Virus record (IMG/VR): IMGVR_UViG_3300011335_000584
Coordinates: 1 to 41,751 of that record
Source of the DNA: a virus
Taxonomy: Duplodnaviria > Caudoviricetes
DNA length: 41,751 nt
Direction: 5' to 3' (one strand)
Part shown: positions 15,424 to 22,835 of the stretch, piece after piece
How the letters are laid out: each line of letters begins with the position of its first letter
Position numbering within the stretch: position 1 is the first letter of the stretch
Made by a program: the position numbers and the translations under genes
Notes under the pieces: model-generated
What the model saw: the letters and a program-made list of their open reading frames with translations, nothing else
Database searches by the model: none
Told to the model about the DNA's origin: nothing

Positions 15424-16229
15424 TACCAGAACAATTATTACAGAAGGCACAAGCGAAAGGCTCTGATGAAGAGTATCAGGATTATGTAAGGCAGTTTCCT
15501 TGCATATTCACCCAGCTTTTTGACCGTGTGCATAATGGCGTAGGGCGTTCAGTGTATGCTCACGTTAATAGAGTAGATAGAGGCTCTGGAATGGCACTTA
15601 AAACGCCTTATAGCGGTGTGCCAACTATAAACGAGGTGCATACGGTACTGATGCACGGAAAAGGTGAAACACCTAATCTGCGTGAGTTTTTGGACGAAGC
15701 CTCAAACCAGATGCTTGCAAATTGGATAAATGGAAAAAAGCCTATTGAATATGAGATTTATAAGAAAGACACTAAACGCACTTATGAGATTAATTTTCCT
15801 GAAATGCTGGACGCTGTAGTTCTTGGTATAAAACGTAGATGGGTAGATGGTAAAGCGAGGTTAGCACGGATAGTAGTTTCAAATGCGAAGAAAAGAACGC
15901 TAAAACAGAATAACGCACAATGGCTTTTATACCAACAAATAGACGAGTTTATTGAAAAAGACCCAATGATATTGTCGAGAATGTTGTTTGATTATTCTAT
16001 GAAAATGGCAAAAATGACAGCAAGTCAGGCAAGGATTAACGCTATACACGAGATATTGAAAGTGTTGGTACTTGATGGCAAGTCAACGACTGAATTAGAA
16101 ACCGATACATGGGGGGATTTATATGCACAAGATATTCTACATTATGCGAAAGAAACTCATGGTATAGATTTGGTTATGCCAGTAAAGCCAGACGGTAGAG
16201 AATATAATAACTTAAACAAAGGGGATTAA
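15420..16229 (+). CDS. Putative fusion of DUF968/Ref-like HNH-type domain and NinB(Orf)-like domain
   Basis: N-terminal Y.DYVRQFPC...AHV......GMALK.....VP....H...H..GE; C-terminal KRTLKQNN..W......STTEL......I..YA....GI. Confidence 0.55.
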   Translation: MIPEQLLQKAQAKGSDEEYQDYVRQFPCIFTQLFDRVHNGVGRSVYAHVNRVDRGSGMALKTPYSGVPTINEVHTVLMHGKGETPNLREFLDEASNQMLANWINGKKPIEYEIYKKDTKRTYEINFPEMLDAVVLGIKRRWVDGKARLARIVVSNAKKRTLKQNNAQWLLYQQIDEFIEKDPMILSRMLFDYSMKMAKMTASQARINAIHEILKVLVLDGKSTTELETDTWGDLYAQDILHYAKETHGIDLVMPVKPDGREYNNLNKGD

Positions 16230-16230
16230 C

Positions 16231-16464
16231 ATGAAAGACACATCCAACTGCATAGAAACAGAAAACCGCAAACACGAGAAGCTTAATTGGGAAACGAGGC
16301 TAAAAACCGATGGGGAGTTATATTTTCCTGAAACGGACAAAGTCCCAGAATCCGTAAAAGAGCGTATAATATATTTGCGTGATGTTGATAAAACGGTCAA
16401 GCTTGAGGGTGTGGGCTTTGGTAAAGGTAATGCTTTGAAAGTAACGTGGATTGGGGGTAAATAA
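16231..16464 (+). CDS. Hypothetical protein
   Basis: AAGGGG RBS, coupled to next gene. Confidence 0.7.
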   Translation: MKDTSNCIETENRKHEKLNWETRLKTDGELYFPETDKVPESVKERIIYLRDVDKTVKLEGVGFGKGNALKVTWIGGK

Positions 16465-16916
16465 TGGGTGATATAATAAAACTGCCTTTAGATAAGTACG
16501 CTGTAAAAAAGCATTTTGTACGCTTTTATTTTGGAAGATACCCATGTTCTGACGAGTGTGAAGAGCCGATTGAGAATTGGATTGTTGAAGATGCTATAAA
16601 GATGGCTGGTTTAATGAAAGGAAGAAAGCCTTATGGATTTATATTTTTTACAAAAGGAAGAGCTGAATTAGACCTTGATAGTAAAATCATTGCGTGGAGT
16701 CCAACTTATTATTTTGGTGGTGAAATCACGCATGTTGATAAAAAATACAAAGACCATGGCGATGAGTGGCGTTCTGAATACACGCTAATCCAAAATCTAA
16801 AATCTGCTAAAGCAAAAAGAGCAATTACTACCGTTCATGGGAATGGAGTAATTTTAAAAGATGATGATGTGGTGTTAGGGCTTTTGCATAATTTAATTAA
16901 ATTAGAGGGCAAGTAG
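16464..16916 (+). CDS. Hypothetical protein
   Basis: TAATG coupling; 150-aa ORF. Confidence 0.75.
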   Translation: MGDIIKLPLDKYAVKKHFVRFYFGRYPCSDECEEPIENWIVEDAIKMAGLMKGRKPYGFIFFTKGRAELDLDSKIIAWSPTYYFGGEITHVDKKYKDHGDEWRSEYTLIQNLKSAKAKRAITTVHGNGVILKDDDVVLGLLHNLIKLEGK

Positions 16917-16918
16917 TT

Positions 16919-17113
16919 ATGAAAAAGGCTATTAAATACCTTTTTTGCTATAATTATGAGGGGAAGTGCGGACAACTATGTGCTGGAAGGACAACTTTTA
17001 CACTCACAGAAAACTTAACAGAAGAAGTTATTATTGAATGCGAAAAAGGAGTTGCGGAAAAATTCGGAATGGAAAAGGTTATTGTTATGAATCTTATAAA
17101 GTTAGAGGGGTAG
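16919..17113 (+). CDS. Hypothetical protein
   Basis: GAGG RBS, packed ORF. Confidence 0.65.
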   Translation: MKKAIKYLFCYNYEGKCGQLCAGRTTFTLTENLTEEVIIECEKGVAEKFGMEKVIVMNLIKLEG

Positions 17114-17115
17114 TT

Positions 17116-17490
17116 ATGAGTGAAGAATTAAAACCGTGTCCGTTTTGTGGAAAAGATAAAGTTTCTCTTGTCGAGACTGAAGACTTTGAGAACGCAAACA
17201 AAGGTTTATCCTCTTGGCATGTTTCCTGTAGAAATAAGGATTGTCACGGCTCTATATTTTCTTTGTATATTTGGCAGTTTAGAAGCGAAACGCAAGCTGT
17301 GAAAGCATGGAACACCAGAGCTAAACCCACCTTCACAAAGGAAGATGTGGAGAAGGCAAAAAATGCACTTTTAGAATGTTCACAAGATTACGACAATTTA
17401 ATATGTTTTGAATATCCTAACCAGCATGGTTACGATATAGACGCAGCAGTAAAAAAATGTCTAAACGCAGTGGGAAGGGTGGAAGAATAA
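17116..17490 (+). CDS. lar: Lar-family restriction alleviation protein
   Basis: MSEELKPCPFCG...V.C...C......A..AWNTRA; start reassigned to ATG 17116. Confidence 0.8.
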   Translation: MSEELKPCPFCGKDKVSLVETEDFENANKGLSSWHVSCRNKDCHGSIFSLYIWQFRSETQAVKAWNTRAKPTFTKEDVEKAKNALLECSQDYDNLICFEYPNQHGYDIDAAVKKCLNAVGRVEE

Positions 17491-17605
17491 GAATCCCCTT
17501 CGGGGGTGTGGGTGGTGAAGCAATAAAGCTAATTGTCTTCTGCTTCGGTAGCGTGACGAGACAGGTCGCACCTGAACAAAACACGCACCGCCCACTAATT
17601 TAACA
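17489..17605 (+). ncRNA. RNA cassette 2 (same borders as cassette 1, different interior)
   Basis: 29-nt 5' border identical to 14974..15002; 3' border 19/20 identical to 15094..15113; internal CTGC-TTCG-GTAG and CAGG/CCTG hairpins. Confidence 0.6.
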
Positions 17606-17606
17606 A

Positions 17607-17683
17607 GGGGGATTAGCTCAGTTGGTTAGAGCAGGACGCTCATAACGTCAAGGTCGAAGGTTCAAGCCCTTTGTCCCCCACCA
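17607..17683 (+). tRNA. tRNA with CAT anticodon (elongator Met or Ile2), encoded CCA
   Basis: GGGGGAT/GTCCCCC acceptor, GCTC/GAGC D-stem, CT-CAT-AA loop, GGTTCAAGCCC T-arm, ACCA end; lacks initiator hallmarks. Confidence 0.93.
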
Positions 17684-17700
17684 ATTTAATAGGATAGGTT

Positions 17701-17832
17701 ATGTGGAAAAGGTTTTTATGCAAACGTCTTGGTCACAAATGGTGTGGCTGGTATCGGAATTATTGGAATCCAAAACAGGATTTCAGAAAATGCTATAGGT
17801 GCGACTCGCACGAATACAGGGAAATGAAATAA
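17701..17832 (+). CDS. Small Cys/His protein (43 aa, DUF1660-like), absent from ORF track
   Basis: MWKRFLCKRLGHKW...CYRC; AGGA/AGGT RBS. Confidence 0.6.
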   Translation: MWKRFLCKRLGHKWCGWYRNYWNPKQDFRKCYRCDSHEYREMK

Positions 17833-17850
17833 ACCGCCAGATAAAGGAGA

Positions 17851-18135
17851 GTGAATAATATGAACGAAGTGCTAAAGCAGAAAATAGCAAAAGTAATAAG
17901 CGAGTGGGAGGACCAAAAAGTTGATTATAATATGCTAAATAACACCGCTCCAATAACAGATTTATGGACAGTTGCTTGTAATATGGCTGAAATAATCAAA
18001 GAGCTTACAGAGAGGGAGGCTAAACTTACTGCTCTGGTTAAAGAACTTTCTTTAGCAAACAATTACAACAAGTTTGGACTCAAGAATCTTGCAGATAAAG
18101 CAAAAGCCACATTGAAAGAGTTAGGGGTTAAATAA
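17851..18135 (+). CDS. Hypothetical coiled-coil protein
   Basis: AAGGAG RBS. Confidence 0.7.
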   Translation: MNNMNEVLKQKIAKVISEWEDQKVDYNMLNNTAPITDLWTVACNMAEIIKELTEREAKLTALVKELSLANNYNKFGLKNLADKAKATLKELGVK

Positions 18136-18335
18136 TGTACATCATATTAACTATATTCTGTATAGCGCATATTGTTATTGTAGCTATGCATATAATAAAG
18201 TCTAAATACGAGTTTAAACTATTGTCATTAAATTTATTTTCAAAGTTATTGCTTGAGCTAATATGGCTATCCGCTGTTTTTGCTGGATTTGTTAATATTA
18301 TCTTTTCAATTAATTATCTTTTAGGGGTTAAATAA
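18135..18335 (+). CDS. Small two-TM membrane protein
   Basis: Two hydrophobic stretches; TAATG coupling at both ends. Confidence 0.65.
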   Translation: MYIILTIFCIAHIVIVAMHIIKSKYEFKLLSLNLFSKLLLELIWLSAVFAGFVNIIFSINYLLGVK

Positions 18336-18559
18336 TGCCAAATAAATGGATATGGCTTGCAGTTGAGGGTTTACACAACGAGCAAGATGTTTTAGGGGCT
18401 TACGCCTCGAAGGATAAAGCAATAAAATTTCTAAATGCGTACAATAGTGCTAAAGGTGTTAAATTAGAGTGGCGAAATGAAAACAATGGTGACTTTTTCG
18501 CAAAGTCACACGGTTATGATTATTATGTAAGACAATGTTTATTTAATGATGGAGAGTAA
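18335..18559 (+). CDS. Hypothetical protein
   Basis: AGGGGT RBS, TAATG coupling. Confidence 0.7.
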   Translation: MPNKWIWLAVEGLHNEQDVLGAYASKDKAIKFLNAYNSAKGVKLEWRNENNGDFFAKSHGYDYYVRQCLFNDGE

Positions 18560-18560
18560 A

Positions 18561-18965
18561 ATGCCAAGTGAAAAAGAAGATACAATGATAAAAGCGTTTG
18601 AGCGTCTTTTATGCGAATTTTCTCCTTATTCTTCACGCAGTAAGAGGGGGCAACCTAAAACTATGTGGCGGATTAGATTGGATAATTTTTTCGGCTACTC
18701 CAATAGAAGAGACGCAGGAGCGTTTTTGATTTGGGATAACGCATATAAAGCGTTAAGTGAATTTAAACAAGAACGTGAAGCTGCGGAAAAAATGCTATGG
18801 CAACCAATAGAAACAGCCCCTAAAGATGGCACTGTGTTTTTAACGCATCAGACGGACATAGGATATTATACGGCTCATTGGTGCGGAAAGCATAATTGTT
18901 TTGCTTGTGAATGGGATTGTACACCTGTTACACCTTGTTTTTGGCAAGCGATAACGAAGGTGTGA
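18561..18965 (+). CDS. DUF551-like protein, paralog 1
   Basis: MPSEKE start after GGAG; WQPIETAPKDGT...P..W motif. Confidence 0.7.
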   Translation: MPSEKEDTMIKAFERLLCEFSPYSSRSKRGQPKTMWRIRLDNFFGYSNRRDAGAFLIWDNAYKALSEFKQEREAAEKMLWQPIETAPKDGTVFLTHQTDIGYYTAHWCGKHNCFACEWDCTPVTPCFWQAITKV

Positions 18966-19050
18966 ATAAGAATACCGCCAAGATGGGGGCGGTTTTGATT
19001 TGGGATAACGCATATAAAGCGTTGAATGAATTTAAACAGGAGAATAAGTG

Positions 19051-19404
19051 ATGCCAAGTGAAAAAGAAATAGACGCTATAATGCCAATATTGGAAGATTG
19101 TTTCGGGATTTTAGGCAGCGGAAACGTTAGTTTTAAAGAGTCTATCCACCTTACAGCAAAGCTAGTGCTTCAAGCTGCGGAAAAGGTGCGTTGGCAACCA
19201 ATAGAAACTGCACCAAAAGATAGCACTGATATCCTTGTGTTTGTAGAAACGGCTTCAGTGCCTATTGTCCATATCGCTAGATGGGAAGTCGGAGATGAAA
19301 ACTTCGGGGTTGGGTGGTGGTCATACACACATAACTCTGTTGGTCAGGAAATGCTAACTGGTTTTAAGTACCCTACTCACTGGATGCCATTACCAGCGGC
19401 ATAA
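19051..19404 (+). CDS. DUF551-like protein, paralog 2
   Basis: MPSEKE start; WQPIETAPKDST...PTHWMPLP. Confidence 0.8.
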   Translation: MPSEKEIDAIMPILEDCFGILGSGNVSFKESIHLTAKLVLQAAEKVRWQPIETAPKDSTDILVFVETASVPIVHIARWEVGDENFGVGWWSYTHNSVGQEMLTGFKYPTHWMPLPAA

Positions 19405-19558
19405 GAATACCGCCAAGACGGGGGCGGTTGTCAAAGACAATAGTACCTATCGCATACACCCCGACCTAAAATGTCAACGAGGGGCTGACATAAATTACTG
19501 ATGCTTGGGTGTGTGTATTCATGACTAGCGAATCGGTGAAAGCCCCTCACTAATTTAA
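19401..19558 (+). ncRNA. RNA cassette 3 (pseudoknotted)
   Basis: AAGAAT+ACCGCC/GGCGGT hairpin; GCATACACCC/GGGTGTGTGT crossing GAGGGGCT/AGCCCCTC; ends ACTAATTTAA. Confidence 0.55.
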
Positions 19559-19573
19559 TTAATAGGTAAAAAT

Positions 19574-19828
19574 ATGAAGTTAGCAGATTTTAAAGAAGTT
19601 AAAGATTTAGTAGAGCGGTATCAATATTATAATTACTTATTACATGAGCAAAATAACCCAATGTTTTATGTAAAAAATTATGATACGCAAGGAAATCCAC
19701 TTTGCACTATAGTATCAAATAGTGATAATAATTTTCCTATGTTTTATAAGGATATAGAGACAGCTATAGCAAAACATCTAGGCGAGCTTAGGGCTAACCT
19801 TAAAAATTTTGGGGTGGAAGTGGTTTAG
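19574..19828 (+). CDS. Hypothetical protein
   Basis: AGGT RBS. Confidence 0.7.
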   Translation: MKLADFKEVKDLVERYQYYNYLLHEQNNPMFYVKNYDTQGNPLCTIVSNSDNNFPMFYKDIETAIAKHLGELRANLKNFGVEVV

Positions 19829-19859
19829 GGAAGCCCCTCAACTTTAAAGGAGTAAATAT

Positions 19860-20099
19860 ATGGAATATTGCAAACCTCATTTGCTATCAAATTGCAAACA
19901 ATGTGTAATTGATAAACTTAAAAAAAACTCCAGTGAAGAGACTTTTATTTTAAAACAAGAAAATAAAAAACTAAAAACTCTTATAAGAGCAATATATGAT
20001 GATCTGGTGTTTCGGGCTAAAATTGATAGAGAAGGAGTTAAAACCCTTGATATTAGCCGTGGTATTTTAGAAGAGATGCGAGCGGTTTTAGAGGAGTAG
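19860..20099 (+). CDS. Hypothetical protein (CxxH...CxxC N-terminus)
   Basis: AAGGAG RBS. Confidence 0.7.
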   Translation: MEYCKPHLLSNCKQCVIDKLKKNSSEETFILKQENKKLKTLIRAIYDDLVFRAKIDREGVKTLDISRGILEEMRAVLEE

Positions 20100-20260
20100 A
20101 TTATGTGGCAATCATTCAATAAATGGTATTTAAGAAATTGGATATATATTGTGTTTATAAGTATGTGCTTATGGATAATATCTATGTGGATTATGACGAT
20201 TTTATTTGATATTAAAAATAGCGACTGGATTAACCCATGCCAAGCTTTAGAGTGGTGCGT

Positions 20261-20485
20261 ATGAAGATATTTTTGAAAGCTTTAGGATTAACTTTACTTG
20301 TTTTTATAGGTCTTATATTTGGTATTATAAGCGTTTTTGCAATTGTTATGCTTTACAAGTATATAGGAGCTTGGCTATATTTAATATTGTTTACAGGTAT
20401 GATTTTTTGCATGTCAATGGCTCATTTTATCGATGCAGAAAAAGATAAAGAGAGGTTAAAAAAAGATAAGACTTGGGCGGACTAG
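20261..20485 (+). CDS. Small two-TM membrane protein
   Basis: Two long hydrophobic helices and charged tail; start uncertain (20237 or 20261). Confidence 0.6.
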   Translation: MKIFLKALGLTLLVFIGLIFGIISVFAIVMLYKYIGAWLYLILFTGMIFCMSMAHFIDAEKDKERLKKDKTWAD

Positions 20486-20979
20486 ATTGAGTATTTTACC
20501 TTCCCGTAAGTAGACGTAGCCAGAAGCACTGCCTTTGCTCTAAATTCAGGCATACCGTCTTCCAATAGGATTTTGTACAGGAGCTGGTCAACTAAAAGTC
20601 TGTACCTTTTTCTAATCTTTTTGTTTTGTCTTTCGTTGAGGTTACGATTATCAAACAAACCACGCTCAATGGCAGTGCAACCAGCATCATGGATTCCAGC
20701 TCCATGTTTCATAAAATCAGGAGTATCTGCTGCACCTGTAGCACCGTCAATTATATAACCGACTCCCAGAATTAAAGTACCGTCAAGATACCAGATAGCA
20801 GTACCTTTGTCGTAGTCGTCTTTGAATATAAGTTGCTTCGGTGGGATAATGTTAGTTTGATACTCTAAAGACTTTATTCTAGTATAAGTAAATGGCACTA
20901 GATTAGTGATATTATTATCTTTCTCAAGCCCTGTTTCCCAGCCCTCAAATTGAGGTAGTATGATTTTTCCTATATCCAT
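20482..20979 (-). CDS. DUF1353-like protein
   Basis: GY..DGATG..DTP......IHD......D..L..IL.EDG....RA.......YG pattern. Confidence 0.7.
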   Translation of the reverse strand: MDIGKIILPQFEGWETGLEKDNNITNLVPFTYTRIKSLEYQTNIIPPKQLIFKDDYDKGTAIWYLDGTLILGVGYIIDGATGAADTPDFMKHGAGIHDAGCTAIERGLFDNRNLNERQNKKIRKRYRLLVDQLLYKILLEDGMPEFRAKAVLLATSTYGKVKYSI

Positions 20980-20989
20980 AACGCTATCC

Positions 20990-21176
20990 TTAATTTCTAC
21001 AGCCCCTAATGGAGCTGGCTCTTTCGAGACTTGAGGCTGTAATTAACTAGTAACCAGCATGCATCACACCGAGTTGGTAATCTTAACTATGCTCTGGAGC
21101 ATTTACGTTAAGCAAGTGACGAGTGGCTAGGGTTGCATAACAACCCCGAATACGCAGTCTACGCTAGGCAGGTGCA
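20990..21176 (-). ncRNA. Putative structured RNA / long 5' leader
   Basis: Nested stems GGGTTG/CAACCC, TAGCCA/TGGTTA, CGTCAC/GTGATG, CTTAAC/GTTAAG, TACAGCC/GGCTGTA, CTC-GAAA-GAG. Confidence 0.5.
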
Positions 21177-21181
21177 AATTT

Positions 21182-21210
21182 ATAATATCACTAATCATTT
21201 ATATGTGCAA
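21182..21210 (-). promoter_or_regulatory. Sigma70-type promoter
   Basis: TTGCAC-17 nt-TATTAT immediately 5' of the structured region. Confidence 0.6.
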
Positions 21211-21335
21211 GCATGTGTGTATTGCTCTAAAGCACCATATCGAGCATATCCTCGTAAAGGTGTTTGATTTTTGAGAGACAAGCTATATAATCAACTACAA
21301 CAGTCCACCAGTCACCACGCTGGTGGCATCTTCTC

Positions 21336-21788
21336 TTAATATAGCCCCGTGTGGAAAGTCTTACCGTCTTGCGTTCTTAAAACTTCCTTCTTATTATCAC
21401 CCTCAACAAAAGAGCAATGAATCCAACCAGAGTTCGGTTTATCAGGATTGTAAAACTCAAGTATCAACTGTCTAAATTCTAATTTATCACGGATAAACTC
21501 AGCGATAAAAGCGTTTGCCATACCGTCTATTTCAAAGTCAACCGCACAACCTTTGCAATGGTCTGATTTTAAACTGCCACCAATCTTTCTATTTAGTTGG
21601 GGGGAGCGATACCATGATGATACTATTATTGGTCTACTAAAGTATAACCGCACAGGCTCTAATATCTTCTCTGCAACCAATCTCACGTTGGGCAATAAGT
21701 TGTCAGGCAGGGAGTTGTCAATCCCTAAGCGTATAGCTGATTGGGACTTAACAACTTCCTGCATGTTAAAATGTTTCGATATTTCCAT
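21336..21788 (-). CDS. Endolysin, peptidase M15A family
   Basis: SxxR...LN..IGGS..SDH..G.AVD and WIH zinc-ligand motifs. Confidence 0.88.
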   Translation of the reverse strand: MEISKHFNMQEVVKSQSAIRLGIDNSLPDNLLPNVRLVAEKILEPVRLYFSRPIIVSSWYRSPQLNRKIGGSLKSDHCKGCAVDFEIDGMANAFIAEFIRDKLEFRQLILEFYNPDKPNSGWIHCSFVEGDNKKEVLRTQDGKTFHTGLY

Positions 21789-21789
21789 A

Positions 21790-22194
21790 TTATTCCAAAT
21801 ATTTAATTATCCCAATTACCGTAGCGGCGAAGCCAACTAATTTTATTACACTAGCTATTAAATCCTTTTTCCAATTATTTTTTGCTGCGTGTAATAGCAT
21901 AAAATCATTCATAATCTTAAAGGTCTTTTTAGCCTCGTCAATAAAACTCTCAAACTGCTCAAAAGCTTTAGTTGTAGTTTCGTTACTATGATTAAGAGTG
22001 TTTATTTTTAACGCTATATCCTCATGTGCCTCTTGGTCTTTCAAGATATGCATATTAATCATACCATGAGTCGCTACAAGCCTATCATGTACATCTTTTC
22101 TATACTTTTCCTGCGTATCAAGGTCTTTAGCCTGTTTTTCAGATAAAGTCTTAACCGCAGTTTCTAAACTTGCTATACGCTCCCCTTGTTTCAC
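21790..22194 (-). CDS. Coiled-coil protein with C-terminal TM helix (holin/hemolysin-like candidate)
   Basis: ERIASLET coiled coil; hydrophobic C-terminus; directly upstream of endolysin. Confidence 0.5.
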   Translation of the reverse strand: MKQGERIASLETAVKTLSEKQAKDLDTQEKYRKDVHDRLVATHGMINMHILKDQEAHEDIALKINTLNHSNETTTKAFEQFESFIDEAKKTFKIMNDFMLLHAAKNNWKKDLIASVIKLVGFAATVIGIIKYLE

Positions 22195-22826
22195 GCTAAA
22201 AACCCTTGTATTTTAGATTCTAACGCTGGATAAGCCGCTTTAATTGCAAGATATGAATGATTATCACCACTTGACTTGCCAATAAGTACAGGCTCAAAAA
22301 CATCAAGCGATTTTGCAATAACTCTGTAAGTTGAAGGCACGGAAACATAAGTGCTATTACCATCAAATGGAACCGTTGCATCGTTAATATTGTTGACCAT
22401 TAAAACCTTAGTTTTAGCATCATAAGTTTCTGGCGATTGATACACCCCCGAAATGCAAACAACACCTTTAAACGGCACTTCATCAAGAATATTAACGATT
22501 CTCAAAGCCATTATAGCCCCTAAAGAAACACCAACAAAACTAACATTTGCGTATGGAATAATATATTGAGAAGTAACGGAATTTACCAAGCCATTAATAT
22601 AATGAAAATCAACTTGTGCAGCGTCCCCTATTCTCCATAGGCTACCTGCATTAGTATCAGGTGCTACATATAAAATATACTTATTTGGGAAAACAGTTTC
22701 TAACTGCGTGGTAGTTTGCATATTAGTCGGGCTTCCAGTGCCACCGCATAGTGCTACAATAAGGCTCCCATCAGGTGCTGTCGGCACTGTTAAAATATTT
22801 GTTCTTCCTGTGAATGGGTAATTCAT
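22191..22826 (-). CDS. Alpha/beta-hydrolase (esterase/PHB-depolymerase-like)
   Basis: Nucleophile elbow GVSLG, NDATVP Asp, late His (DNHS). Confidence 0.75.
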   Translation of the reverse strand: MNYPFTGRTNILTVPTAPDGSLIVALCGGTGSPTNMQTTTQLETVFPNKYILYVAPDTNAGSLWRIGDAAQVDFHYINGLVNSVTSQYIIPYANVSFVGVSLGAIMALRIVNILDEVPFKGVVCISGVYQSPETYDAKTKVLMVNNINDATVPFDGNSTYVSVPSTYRVIAKSLDVFEPVLIGKSSGDNHSYLAIKAAYPALESKIQGFLA

Positions 22827-22835
22827 ATTGTCCTC

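Noticed and set aside
14974-19429. CRISPR array
   Set aside because: Repeats occur only in pairs, 0.4-2.5 kb apart, with genes between them; no regular repeat-spacer period and no cas genes.
19479-19548. Hammerhead ribozyme (CTGATG...GAAA with flanking stem)
   Set aside because: Core reads CTGATGC rather than CTGATGA, the cleavage-site base would be G, stem I cannot form, and ACTGAT pairs better with ATCGGT.
21228-21335. Spanin or small ORF after the endolysin
   Set aside because: The open frame lacks a start codon and lipobox; only a CCACCAG/CTGGTGG hairpin without a U-tract is evident.
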